DNA of 58,753 bases, the filler included, from Sphacelaria rigidula (lineage: Eukaryota): the NCBI GenBank assembly GCA_964200075.2. It is 7 parts of 7 records of this genome, joined end to end, with 100 filler letters (N's around TTAATTAATTAA, not from the genome) between each part and the next. Parts side by side here need not be neighbours in the genome. Positions count along the whole stretch, not along the records: positions 33,633 to 41,939 come from CAXNAA020011579.1; positions 42,040 to 50,346 come from CAXNAA020011580.1; 5 more parts are not named here. One strand, 5' to 3'. Position numbers and translations under genes: made by a program. Shown here one piece after another: positions 34,810-47,860 of this stretch. Under the pieces are notes generated by a model. It saw only the letters and a list, made by a program, of their open reading frames with translations, searched no databases and was not told the origin of the DNA. Every line of letters begins with the position of its first letter. Within the stretch, counting starts at the first letter, position 1.

Positions 34810-36630
34810 TGTCGAAGATTTGGTGCGGATACGAATACTTCACATCTCCGGGTTCTCGTCCCCAATAAAAGATCCATCCCCAATTTGCAAAATCACGTGT
34901 TTTTTTTGGCATGCCGAGTGAAGCAAGGGACCTCCGGTGGTGACTCAGCTACTGCTGGCGTGGTCCGCATGGAGCGAGGCTGCGGTGCGCTGTTTCTGAT
35001 GCACGACCAACGCGCACTGGGGTACGCTATCGACCGACATGAAGCCGCGTATCCTTCCTTTGCCCCCAGCGGGAGGAGCTCCGTCGAGGAACACCCCCTG
35101 CGTTATGGAGAGACGTCCCATATCCTAACATTCTGAACTCCTTCCCTAGGCTTCTCATTCCCCGCCCCCAGATGCGTCTGCACACCAGTTTGTAGCGGAT
35201 CACCACAGTGGGTATGTGCCTAGTCGGAGATGGAACCCACTTCTTAGCTGCAATGATAATAGAACGTGAGTGCTCGTGGCTGCGCGTGAAACCACTGGAT
35301 GACTCGCTACCCGCTCTAGCTCTTTGTTTCACCGATTCACCGGCTTCTTCTTGCCCTTCTTGTGGTCAGGGGTACAAGGAGAAGGTGAGTCACGTCTTCT
35401 GGATGAGCCACGCTTAAGTCCGAATACCGACGCGTCATCCTCGGCGTTTTCTTCCACTCAAACCGGATACCCATCAGAATCATGGTGGCTGCCTGGCCTC
35501 TGCTGACTCTACTCCTTCGGACGTGGGTATTGACTCATCGCCAAACTGACAGACGTTGAAGAGCAGCCAAAATTGTGCACTTGTGAGGTGTTTCACATGA
35601 CCTAGGGCCGCTTCCTCGCAGTGCACCGTTTATTGAGGAGCAAGACGGTTGTCACTCGAGATCTTGATGGGTTGAGCAGACGACAGACTTGCGTGGGGTA
35701 CTGCATCGCCTTTCTTATTCTATTATTTCTTCAAGTGTCACTCGCTTGCTTGGTGTACGCCTTTAGCTGAACTTTCTCTCTGAGCCTTAGCCCTCAAGCC
35801 CAACTATAGAGCTCATAATGAAGCCACGGAGTCGTTCTGGCTCGGCTGAATCACACTGGCTACGGTACGGGTTCCCGCAACGTTCATGTGGGTGCCTTGT
35901 ACTCACCTGTACTGGCTCCTACCAGGCTTGTTGGCTACATGCCCGAGAATCCACGTATAAGATCCATGTCCAATAAAAAAATTGCGCAATCCATGATCGT
36001 ATAGTGGTAACACCGGAGAGCTGATGCGATCACGCCCAACGTGCTAGGTACGAGATGACTGTATATTTGTTTTGATTACCAATGAAGCTGCGTGATGGAC
36101 CTGGACCTTCCAGACTCGTTCCGACTTCCACCGCCTTTTCCGTTTTGACATCCTTGGTCGAGAACGGCGATTTGAACGTTTGTTGGCTTTGTGCGAGGCT
36201 GTCCTCGCTTGGCATGCATCCCACACCCTCCGGTGGCCCCTTCACCGCCCTCATCACTTCCTTTGCCGCAGGCGTTTCCCCCCTCAATTTGGCCAAGGAT
36301 AGAACCGTCTGCAATCGGTACGCGTTTATTATCTAGCCTCACTCTTTTGCTATCGCCCAGCGTCTCCGGTACTTCGGCGATCCGGCCCCACTCACGGTTA
36401 TCTCCGTTTGAGAAGGCACGATCCTCTAGTCCTTCCGTTGTATTTCCCCTGCTATGGCCACTTTCCATCTGTCAGCGTCGGGTCCTGCCAGGCCTTCTTT
36501 GGCTGTCGACAGTTTCTGAGATCTGATGGCGATTCCGCCCCCGAGTATGCAGAATGTGCCTTCGTCTTGATTTTGTAGAATGGTGGGTAGGAAATTTCCG
36601 TCATCAGAACTGCTGTCGTCAGAACTCCTA

Positions 36631-36906
36631 GAGCAATGGTACGGTAGGGGTTGCACTTTTCTTAGCGAAAACGTTTTTCGGGGCTTCTCGGAGTGTTGGA
36701 CAGATCATTTTGAGAATTGGCATCATTTTTACTTGAAAAAGACTGAAAATGGTGCTGATTCACCAAAAGGTCCCTGCGTGAAAACAATATGTTTCTCGGA
36801 GTCCGGTCCCCGGAGATTTGGGTTGCACAGTGAGCCCCATATATTTGGGCTCCTACAAAAAAAAGACCCAGAAACAAAAAGTGTAACCCCTACCGTAGCA
36901 TTGCTC
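36631..36906. mobile_element. Sola2-like MITE (276 bp), 4-bp TSD CCTA
   Basis: 30-bp TIR GAGCAATG(G/C)TACGGTAGGGGTT(G/A)CACTTTT at both ends; CCTA at 36627-30 and 36907-10. Confidence 0.9.
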
Positions 36907-39746
36907 CCTAAAGCGTTGTGGCGTGATGTCGACCCGATGCCGTTGCGTCATTTGACTGGACCTGCGCAGTTCTCTGTCCGGCGACAATCACTTCCATGAT
37001 GTCGGGTCCTGTGATGCTTCTCCAACGGGCCATCATCGCTGTCGTTTGGGGGCTGCTTTCTCTTATTCAGATGCTTCGTCCTCGCCGCCACTCAGTTCGA
37101 CAGCCTTCAGATTCCCCACGATGTCTAGGACCTTGACCTCTGATTCAAACGCGATATGTGAAGACTTCGCAAGCTTGAATTCCTGCATTAGCCATACATA
37201 CCAGCAGAGCGGGTGCCGATCGTGGCTCACCAAGATGCCATGCTTCGCATATGGCTAAAACTTTGCAGCGGCGCCGCGCTGCTGCTTGTGCTGGTGCACG
37301 AAACACTCGGATCCCCAACTACGAAGCCGGTTGTAGTCGAAAGGCTTTCCCGGCAACCTCTCACGTGGGATCTCGCCCCCGAGGTACTCGTGGGGCATCC
37401 CTGCGGTCTTGATTGCCGCCGCCGCCACAGCGAATAAGCAGTAGTCCTCCCCGTGCCCAGCTTTCACCAATTGGCTGCGTGCCATCATCATCGGTTTTGA
37501 ATTGCACGTTCAGCAATTCCGTTACTTTTGCGGTGTCCTTGGCGGTGAGCAGCGCCACTTGATGCCGCAATCGGCCAGCGTGCGTTGAAATTTGACTGAC
37601 CACCCGAGTTTCCCAGCGCCGCCTCCGCTCACCCATTTGATGGCCACTCCCTCACGGGACATTTTGTCGATGTAGGCTGCGGTGGCGTCAGTGGCAGCAT
37701 ACCGTGTCTTAAAGTCCAACAACGTGCTTGTCTTGACTGGCCTCGTCCACGAAAACCTGAAAGCATTTCATGCCCGTGACATTGGCGTGGAAAGGCCCTT
37801 CGAGGTTAGTGTTCACGACTTCACCTGGTGCTTTGAAACTTCTGCCGCCGCGGCCGTAGCTGAGCGCCCCGGACTTGTGTTCCTTGCAGACGCTGCAGCG
37901 CATTTCGGAGGCCACCGTGGTATCAGTAACATTGATCAGCCCACGCTTCTCAAGGTGTCTCGTGGCAGCTGAATCGATGTGCCCTAAGATGTCGTTCCAC
38001 TGCTTCAATATGAGGCAGTGGTTCTTATTTGCGTAAAAGCGTGCACCGGCCAGGGGGATCTCCTGTCCATCCTTTCTGAACCGAAGGTAGCTCTCCTTCC
38101 TTCCGGAGTTCTCATCCGCCGCGTCGAATCGTTCCGGCACTCAGAAGCCTGCAAGGTAACCTAGGGATCCAAAATATATTATTCAGTGTCACCTTTGCCG
38201 GAGCATCCTTGCCTTGAACGCTCACGTGACGTGGGATGTCTCCATCTGCTAGCGCCTGCAGCTGCCCCTTGTTCCCAAATGTACAGCGTCGATTGACCGT
38301 ACGCGTGTTCCTGATATCCTTTTTTCAGGGAATCATGTGGACATTCGCCTCGTGTGATTTCGTTTTAAACAGTATGTGGAGATCATCATTTATTATGTGC
38401 GCGCCACGAGTCCGTCAAGATGGACTCGAGGCGCATCAAGGGGGGGGGGAGCGGGGTGATGTGGAGATCACCATCTTGAATGTGCGGAGAGATCTCTTTT
38501 ATGGCGTGTTACCCAGTCAACGGCCGTTACAGGGACAGCTCTGACTGCCCAAAAGCTCCGAAACTTCCATATCTGTACAGCCGACTCTGGGACCCCAGGT
38601 AACAACGATCGTGTCAGCCAAGTCTGTCAAGTTTGCTGTGGATCACTCTTCAGACTTACATTTGCCCCTAACCGGTGCCTAGGGATCCAGCAGCCTACCA
38701 ACCTTAACTACGGGCAAATCCTTTCCCAAATAACACGAGGAAACTTATCGGCCACCCTTAGACGGTTGCTACCGTTCACCCGGAGTCTGGCGACTCCCAC
38801 AAGTACGCGTATTGATTGCTATCGACCCCAAGTCGACTTTCTTGCCGTCGGTTCTCGATTGGAATGCTACTGCTTGGTCTCGGCGCTCCATGTCGGACAT
38901 TAGGTATGTTGGTGATGCTACGACTGCCTGCTATAGCTCATCGTATATCATACCTAGCTGGGTTGTCAGGTGTATGAAAAATTGTGGCAGCGCCCTCTTG
39001 ATCCCGAGTAAAAGAGCTGCCCTCTTGGTCTCCTCGGCTTTGGCATTTCCTAGCGCTTCGAATTCTCCCAGGATGGTGTCCAGCTTCACCTAAAAATCTG
39101 CTGATTATTTTGCAGAAATATTGGAGATCCCTCAGTCTTCGTTCCAATGCAACTAGTTGCGTAGGCTGCTCGTCCTATGCACGTCCTTCGTAGGTCCGTT
39201 CCATCTCCAGCCAGGCTTCCCTGCCGTCGGGGTTGCCGCCGTACTCGCATCGTGCGACGATGGCTGCGGCTGACCCTTTCGTAGCCTGTGCCAGGAGGAA
39301 CCACAAGGACTGTGTGTTGCATTGGTGTGTTTCGTACGCCCTACGCTGGTCGAGTGTGATGGTCGCTGTCGGAACGCCTGGTGTGGCGTTATCCGGTCGT
39401 AGCAGAGGGGGAAAAGCTTCCCTCGCTTTATTTCCAGCGATAGAGAGTTTCCATGCGCCCCACGTTTCTCGCGAGTACCCACGAACGCCCGTCCATACTG
39501 CCAACTTCCGTGGGTCTGCCTCTATACTCCTCAAGGCTCACGAACCTGTGCACTTGTGAGGTGCTTTGCGCGGTCGTGGCGCGCTCCCTCGCAGCGCATC
39601 GTTTGTAGCGGAGCAAGACACTTGCCACGAGAAATCTTGATACATTGAGCAGACGACAGACCCGCGTGGGGCGCTGCACGGCCGTCCTTCTATTATCTCT
39701 CCAAATGTTATCCGCTTGCTTGATGTACGGCTCTGTCTGAACACCT

Positions 39747-39858
39747 GAGCAATGCTACGGTAGGGGTGCACTTTTTTCGCGAAATTTTGTCTGGTTCAGG
39801 GGCTCCTAACAATTCTAACATCAGAAATTATTTCTGTACCCCTACCGCAGCATCACTC
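39747..39858. mobile_element. Minimal Sola2-like MITE (112 bp), 4-bp TSD ACCT
   Basis: GAGCAATGCTACGGTAGGGGTGCA ... TGTACCCCTACCGCAGCATCACTC; absent from the sister LTR at ~35770. Confidence 0.9.
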
Positions 39859-40718
39859 ACCTTCTCTCCGAGCCTTAGCCCTAAGCCTTAACTATAGAGC
39901 TTGCAATAAAGCCACGGAGCCGTTCTGGCTCAGCTGAATCATACTGGCTACAGTACTGATTTCCGAACTGTTCCTGTTGGTATGTCGTACTGACCCGTAC
40001 TGGCTCCTACCAGGCTGGTTGGCTACATACCCGAGAATCTACGTACCGTATGAGGCCCATGTCCAATGATTCTGACCCACAATCTGAACCTTTTAAAGTT
40101 GGTTCCACGCAGCTTTATAGCCATCTGGTTCAGCCTCAGGGACTTATCCGCCTGAGCGTGCAAGCAAAAGGCAGCCCTCTCCCGCACCTGCTGACCAAAA
40201 GTTCCCACCAGTCGCTGGATCTTGCGGTCGTCGGTGTAGGGGAAGCTAGGGTCCACGTCGAGGGCTTCCTTGATGCGGTTTCCACTTACTCACGCTCGCT
40301 CTTCTCGGATGGGCCTCGGACGAAGGTGTGCCCCACCTTCAGTTCCCTCATGTACTTCATAAACTTCTTGCAGACCTTTTTCAGAGCGCGCTTCTTATGC
40401 GCCACCCTTCCTTTCCTCGATTTCTGTTCGAGGAGCCCGCTCTACGGTGGCTGACAACAGGCTGGTTTACGCTCACCACCCTATAGGTGTTCATCCGCAA
40501 AACTTGCGTGGTTTTTAGCAGTCAGATCAAGGTTAGATCCTGAAATTTTGAACAAATGTACTATGGGTAATTCAAGAATCATTACAAAACATTCGATGGA
40601 CGAGGTTTTTCTACTTTTGATTGTTTTCGGCCAGGTACAGGATTCAGTATGCCGCGATGAACATCGTCTCCGTCAATGTGAGACTGCGACCCAAACTGCG
40701 ACTACGACTCTCCATTCC

Positions 40719-41939
40719 ATGGAACAGGAACATCATCTTCCTCTGCTCCGGACCACGCCGGCAGAGCCTGCACCTGCCGCCACTATTCCTGACTCCCGCA
40801 CCGACCACGAACCTTCGCGCTCACGCGCTGCTGCCGCGGCTTCTGTGGCCTCGCCCACGCTTCCCCAGCCTGCCCCACTGCAAGCCCCTCGAGCTTCGGC
40901 GCCCCCCGCTACCACGTCCGGGCTGCACCTGCAGAGTAGCCTACGGACTTGGTTCAGTTGGACGCTCCGTCAACTTTCGGGGGAGTACAATAGCAACAAC
41001 GTACTCCGCGCCTCTGAGGAGGCTTGGAGCTCCCTTCTCCTGCCCGTCACTGGTGTCATCGTCCCCTTCCTCCAACAAGGTGGACAGCTTCCGCGCAACG
41101 ACCCCGGCGCTCTCACCATCGAACGGATCGTATTTTATTTCACGATTGGTACCGGGGACGCTCGTTTTCAATATGAGACCGCCGTTGCCGCCCTCTTCGC
41201 CGCCATGCGGGCAGCCCGCAACACATTGCCGCCCGACAATGATGGAGCTTGGATCACCCCGCACCCCCCTCGCCGTCGTCATGATGATGATGACTCTGAC
41301 GACGACCCTTCCGGGGCTGCCCCGCGCCCTGGGCACGGGTCCCACCGTCTTACCAACAAGAATCGACGACCAACTCGCGGCACTCACAAACGGGCTGGCA
41401 ACCAGTCTTCGAGTTCGTCGACTGCACGACACCGCCACCACGCTTCAACGCGGACCGACCGGCCCCCCTCGGCCGTCAGGTAAGTAACGCCTCCTTTGGC
41501 TGATGCGTCTGCTCGCATCTTAGGTCTCACGGATAGTGATAGTGATAATTCGGCTCGCCCACTGTCGTCCAACTCGGCTCGGTCACTAGCTGCCGCCGCC
41601 GCTGCTAAACAACAAGCTGCGGTTGACAAAGTCGCTGCTGATACTCGTAGAGAAGCTTCTCGTGTCGCCGCGATCAAGCGCGAATATTTGCAGATGGATG
41701 TTAAGAAATTATGGCATATCAAAACCATGCCTGCTGCAGACAATGAGGACTCCGGTCAGTTTACGTCCGCTCTCATTTCCTCTATGCGTCGAATGATGCG
41801 CAATATTCTTGAGTTGGCCGATGCAAGTGCTCAACAACGTTTCGAAGACTCTGACTGGATCGATGGCTGGCAAACACCGCCGCATAAGGCTTTGCACCGC
41901 TCAATCAGCCGTCGCTCCCCCGACGTTGTTGCCTCTTTG
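40719..41939 (+). mobile_element. Probable LTR retrotransposon 5' ORFs (gag-like), truncated by the contig end
   Basis: Two consecutive long same-frame ORFs (40548-41483, 41496-end), Pro/Ala-rich and then helical. No diagnostic motif seen; could instead be host exons (CAG|GTAAGT at ~41480). Confidence 0.35.
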
Positions 41940-42119
41940 NNNNNNNNNNNNNNNNNNNNNNNNNNNNNNNNNNNNNNNNNNNNTTAATTAATTAANNNNN
42001 NNNNNNNNNNNNNNNNNNNNNNNNNNNNNNNNNNNNNNNGATCTCACCCACATACACCGAAAGGTGTAGACTGGTGCCCAGAATAAATGGGACGACAACG
42101 CAACACAACACAACACACT

Positions 42120-44590
42120 GGGCAATAGGCCGATCGTAGATTTAGGAAGTACGTCCTGCAAAGACGTGCCCACGCAGCGCTGATGCGGCGCTTAATTTCA
42201 ATGGAAATTACCCTGACAGGACTATTGATACCAAGGTAGACAAACTGGGCTGTGTGCTTGTACCGTTGACCTGACACCATGATGTGCAGTGCGGTCTCTG
42301 CGGAGCTGGGTTCTGACCACAGGACATGGACTATGTCTTGCTCTACGATACCGTTAGTCCAAGCTCCTGACGGGTCGCCATTCTAACAGCCATTATCGCA
42401 GCAAGTTCGTCTAGGAACCTCGAGGCTCATCCACGTACAGTTTTCCCCTTATCGTGCGCCGCACCCTCTACAACGGCGTCTCTTGTTCGGGGTTACCTTA
42501 TTCACCTTTTCGCGCATCATGTAGGTGTACCAAGCCGAAGACGATGGCTGTGTCTGCCGTGAAATTATCTCAGGTCGAAGTCTACCAATGCTGTGCTAAA
42601 GATGTTGAACAGTAGTGGGCACGGAGCGGATCCTTGCCTGACTGTTTCGCTGACGTAAAATCACGCTGGTAGGTTGCCATTGTCCAACTGTACCCGAGCG
42701 CGCATGCCGTTGTGGGACATACAGGTCACCTTGATCATCCACGGCGGGACTACAAAGGGGACAAGCACTTCCTAGGGAAGGTTGATTTCGACGGATTGTA
42801 CGCCTCTGCAGGACGATAAAGCACGTGTCCAGTGGGGTATTTCTTGCCCGATCCAGCTCCTGATGTCGGCGTGCAACGAGCATTGTGTCGGTGGTCGATC
42901 TTTGGCACCGCAATCCGTCCTGTTCCTCCGGGGAGATCCCTGCCTCCCCGCAAAAACTACTGAGCTTGTCGGCTACGATTTGAAGGAAACTTCATCGGCA
43001 TGTGCCGCGAGGGAGATGCCCCTGTAGTTGCCACACTAGGTTCAATCCTTCTTCTTTTGCAGCAATCCGATAGTGGCATCCTTCCATTCCTCCGGTTCGT
43101 CGCGAGACATGTAAACAGCAATGATGATGCTGTGAAAGTGAGACAGGATTCCCAAAGGCTTCTTCACCAACCCAACCTTCAGGAATTCAGCCGGTAGCCC
43201 ATCCGATCTCATCGCTTTGCCGTCAGTCGTAGCTCTCAAGGTCTCTTTTGTTCCATTGAGGCTTGGGGGGTGTCCAAGTCAGAATGTTTCCGACTGTTGC
43301 CCTAGCTTCTTGATGACGGCTCGTTCGATAGCTAGCGATGTCACATTCCGCAAAATATAAAAATATCGTTCTCATCTCGTGCAGATTTGTGCTTTGTGCT
43401 TCAGCAGCTTTTCGTCCTCGTCCTTGATGTAGTGCTCGCTTTCTGCGTTATCCCCGTCAAGCTCTTTCTCTCCACAATTCTGATGCACTACTCCAGTTCC
43501 TTCGCACAAAACTCCATGCACCCGTCCACGTCAGCTAGGATCTCCATTTTGAGTCTCCCGCACGCTGCTCAGAAAGTGCGCCACATGGGGCTACCTCTCG
43601 GCCCTACTCGCACCGTCAACCCCGCCCTCTCCTGCTTTTTCTAGGCCTGTTCGAACCCGGCTCGGATTGCAGCATCCTCGAACCACCCCTGTATCCGTGG
43701 CTCTCGGGCCAGACAAGGCATCACCGTGTCTAGAGGAGCTCAGGAGTATGTTGGCGAAGTTTGCATACACTTCACCAATTGTATCGCCGGTTCTATCCTA
43801 CTCGAGCCCGCCGATGATTAGCTGCTCACGTCTGTCCTTGTCAGACTTTATTGCTCGCCTGTCTATGGGGACTGCTCCAGGTGGAGGCTCGCCGGGGTCT
43901 GTTGCGTGCGAATCGACCAAGGAGCCGCACTGAGGCACACACGGTGCTATGATCTGAGTCCGGCAAGTCGGGCGCTCAAGGGTGGACGATGGCATGTGAA
44001 AGAAGCGCCTGCGATGAGTTTGGGCGTAGGAAAGCACTGCTTGTACGCTACGTACCTCCCTTGGGGGTGGGAAAAAATACATCCATTAGGACAAGCCTGT
44101 TGTCACCTGTGAGTTGTGATAAAGCAATACCATTGTGTCGCTTGCTCGAGAATCCTGACCGTATGCCCTCATTTTCTCACGGTCCTCTCTCCTTCTCTTA
44201 CCTTAGTCCTAGCGTTAGTGTCGATAATAGCATGCAGGTCGTCATTGTTGGCAACTCGGTTCACAGTGTTCAATTTGTCTGCCATGTCGAAAGGCCTTCG
44301 CTGATTAGTGCCTGTGTCCACAGAGCCTTTGTGATGATCGACTCCTTGGCCGTCGACCCAACCCCATGTTGTCTAGCCCTTCCCAGTTCTCCGTTCCCCC
44401 AGCAGCAGAACGCGCGGTATCCTGCGGCCGAAATTTCACTCTGACGTGGTCGTCTTGTCTTCTACAGTCCGATAATGTCACAACCTATCGCTCTGCATTT
44501 GTGTCAAATCACCTCAGCATGACCATCCCCGTTCTATTCCATTACGGGCAGTGTGCGGACGTTGTAGGTTACCACTTGGAGCCCCTCTTT
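42120..44590 (-). mobile_element. Decayed RTE-like LINE (APE endonuclease plus reverse transcriptase)
   Basis: VVTYNVRTL, CDIIGL*KTRR, IIDTNART and DSDH (endonuclease); GKAMRSDGLPAEFLK, EEWKDATI..LQKKKD..CGNYRGISL, RSTTDTML and FVYLG...EIKRRISAAW (RT). Many stops and frameshifts. Confidence 0.9.
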
Positions 44591-47500
44591 ACGCGACCAA
44601 GCTCTGGCTTTATTGACATCAACACGCTAGGCTCTTTGTTCTGCCCTCCCTTTTAAATATTGCCCTCTGTTTAATTCTTCTCCCCCCCTTTTTTTTTCCT
44701 GTACCGGTTATTTTGTTGGTCCATTTGTTTAGGTACGTGCCTTGCATTTGGGTCTCACCGGGAGGGGGCTGCTGTCCCAGCCCGCGTCGACCGCTCTCTC
44801 CGATCCGCCGAATCTAGCGCTCACTCACACATGTTTCATGTCCATCAACGTGTTTTCCGTGACAGTATCCCAACTCTAGGTGAAGTCCGCAGCTTCGGAG
44901 TTGAGCTTGATCCCACGAAGGGTAAAGTTCAGTAATTGCAAGACTACCTTGGAGTTCAACACAGTCGACACAGCCCACCGGCTAGTTTTCGTGTTGCATC
45001 ACCCCTAACAGTACGCAGACTAGTCTGCGGGTCATGTCCCTCTCCTCTGCTCGTGTGGCTGTGTCGTTTGTTTGCTGACTGGAGGTAGGTTATCTTGACA
45101 AACCCATCCCCAGTTGGACGGTTGTGGGGGGTGCAGGAGTATATGTTGCAGAATCAACCTCGGCTTTCTGTGAACTGCAGCGGTCGGCGGCCACGGCCAC
45201 CGCCACCGCCATGCCGCTCGTCCAATTTTTCGACAAGGTCATATTTTGACAGTGCGGTGCGGTGCGGGACCTTTGTTGTGCATAAAATTGAGGTCGAAGA
45301 TGTGTCTCACTCGGGAGTTATCGTGCGTCGTCAGCAATTCGGGTATTTGCCTCCTCAGCCCTACATATAGTTCTCGTATTGTTCTCAACCGTATTTTTAG
45401 CAATTTCGGTACCAAATGGAGGTGAATCAGGTGAAGCCGACAAAAGAGGGATGAGCATGGTGACTGGTCTGTTCTCTTGTTGTCGTGGCGCATGCAGTTC
45501 ACGCACAACATTCATGTACTGCGAAGTACATGCTAGACTTCAAGAATTCTTGCTTTCAACGTGACCATGGTGTATTCCATGGTTTAATGTCTTGTTTTGC
45601 TTACTTTGTGACATCGCGCGTCTTCACCCATGATTATGAAACGTTTGTAAGTGTATACACAATATGCTGTGGAGCTGAACAAATTGCCAACTGTTTCCAG
45701 TCCAAACATGAAAGGGTGATTTCCTCGACATACACTGGTTGGAATTCCCGTTTTATGTGATGGTATCCACATCAGCTGTCCCCATTACGAGGCATTTGGT
45801 GCCGTATTCGACGAGAAGAGCTTTTGTAGGGGTATCCTTTCCCGCCGACTAGCGGTGAGCATATTTATGCATCCTCCTTCATGTATCTTGTGCGCGTGCT
45901 AGATTGCCAAGCCAACCATTTCCGCAGGAGACTTTCCGGTGAGTTTGTGAATCATGCATGACGGTGGCCCGCCCATTTTTTCTGGTCACTCACCATTTTT
46001 ACGAACTTCGCGTCGGAGGCAGCCGGGATTTCAACCCGGGACCTTCCGTTCATGAAGCATGCAGAGTTATCTCATGGTGTGGCCAATGTGAAGATATGTT
46101 CCCTTGATGGATTGTGGTGAGTATCCACCCAAACAGGTTTATGTGGCACGAAGTCTGTCGTAATTGATCTCCCGACGTTTCCTTGCCGCCACGCAGTTTA
46201 TGCTCAAGTCCCCGATCACCGTCATGCGTGCGGATCTGTTGGAGGAGCAGCAAGGGGTTAGCGAGCTGTACCGCAACACCTACGTGAAGGCAATCATGCG
46301 TGGAGACGGCACTTTTCTTGTCGTGTGGGCAGGTGCACTATACTTTAGATACGGAATGCTCTATATACATTTAATACAGAGAAAAAAATAGAGGCGTTCT
46401 TTTCCCCCTCTCATTTATCGGCCTTCACGCACCACTATTTCTTTTTAGACTGTTCAAGGGTGGAGCGTGGGGTATATTGAGTCCGCGAGTAAGTTTGCCC
46501 GGAGAAATCGATTACACCATTACACCAGCGTCCTCTGGACGAGTACTCAGTACTCTCGGCCGTGGGTACTCAGGCTATTGCTGGGTACTCAGGCTGCGTC
46601 TTTGTTGGGACGACAAAACAAATCCAATAGTCACATTGGTGTGTGACAACACCGTCTCCCCCCCAAGACAGAATTACATGCCAATCGAGTTTTTCCGCGG
46701 GTGTAGATAACTTTCGATTTTTTTCATGCGAATCGGGTTTCTTGCGCACAAGTGGACAACTTTCGAACAATATCTTGAAACATTCTGAAGATCATTTGGG
46801 CGGTCCGAAAAATCGTTTCCGCCGTGGGAAACATGACTTGTCGCACGAGGACACAGGGTAAAAAAAGTGCAACACCTATGAGAAGAATGCATTTCGCGGC
46901 AAACCACAGAACGATTTGATTTATGAATTTCACTCTGTTTCATCTCGATGCGACATGTCCCCAGGACCTGCGGAGGGGTCGATATTACAGGTAGGCGGAG
47001 TACTCAGTACTGCAAATTAGCTATCTCAGGTGCGCGACTGCACCCAACTGGACTACGGTACCCAACCCGAACCACTTTTTCATCTTGTGATCAGAGAAGG
47101 ATTGGTGAAAATCCAAAGTTGAACACCCGCGAAAACCCAACTAGCACGAGCAAGTAGGAGGCATTTCGCGAAAATTCTCCGCCACAAAGGCAACACTGTA
47201 TATTCGCACGATTCAAACATGAAACGTCGAGTTCCTTGCACTGAGTCGACGTTTTTCGTTTGTTTGTACCTTGCGCTCATGCTACAGAGCGTTTAATCAA
47301 ACAAGACAAGCGTTCAACTCGAACGCCTACGCCAAATCACTTGGCATTAAACAAGCGTAGCTACTTGTGGCTGGCATCCATACTGAGGTCACTGTTAAAC
47401 ATCAAAGAAGCGTGCGAACCCCGTAAAAGTGGGCGAATGCACAGGCATGCGGGTTGCAGCGAAAATGCAGCTGACCAGCCCACGACGTCCTACACACGAT

Positions 47501-47699
47501 TAGTATGAACGGCCCACTAGAGTGACGGTACAGTAGTTTTTAATGGTGCACACCACATGTGACATCTTGCGGCAAGCTGATTTTTATAGTTGTGAATATG
47601 ACGCAGTGGGCCTTTTTTCTCAGGCGGCGTGTCAGCCCTCCGAGCCCTAGCGCTGTCTCACGATAGTTGATAGGCCCATATGGAGGTTGGTCGTTGGTG

Positions 47700-47805
47700 T
47701 TTCATGGTGAATACGGTCGATACGATACAATTGATACGATCCAAACGAAACGGAACGAAGCGATCGATACGATACAACACGATACCACACGATACCATCA
47801 GTACA
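47700..47805 (+). repeat. CGATA-rich simple repeat (hAT-like MITE subterminal remnant)
   Basis: Multiple CGATAC units, same motif as 53963-54771. Confidence 0.5.
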
Positions 47806-47860
47806 ACGAGCAGCGTGTAAAACACAATGCATGTCGCAAATTCGTCTGTTCAAAAGCACT

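Larger units (their letters stand above)
35574..40067 (-). mobile_element. Decayed Ty1/copia element: gag-protease-GAG_pre-integrase-integrase-start of RT, bounded by diverged LTR-like repeats (35574-35975, 39547-40067)
   Basis: Gag DGREAWLEMERTY; W..ILGHI...CSVCKEHK (HHCC remnant); LEGPF...FQVFVDEAS; SPPRTPQ; YNRLRSWGSECFVH; LAGPDADRWKVAIAGE. A PBS-like GGTTCGTGAGCC follows the 5' LTR on the minus strand. RT/RNase H mostly absent. Confidence 0.85.
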
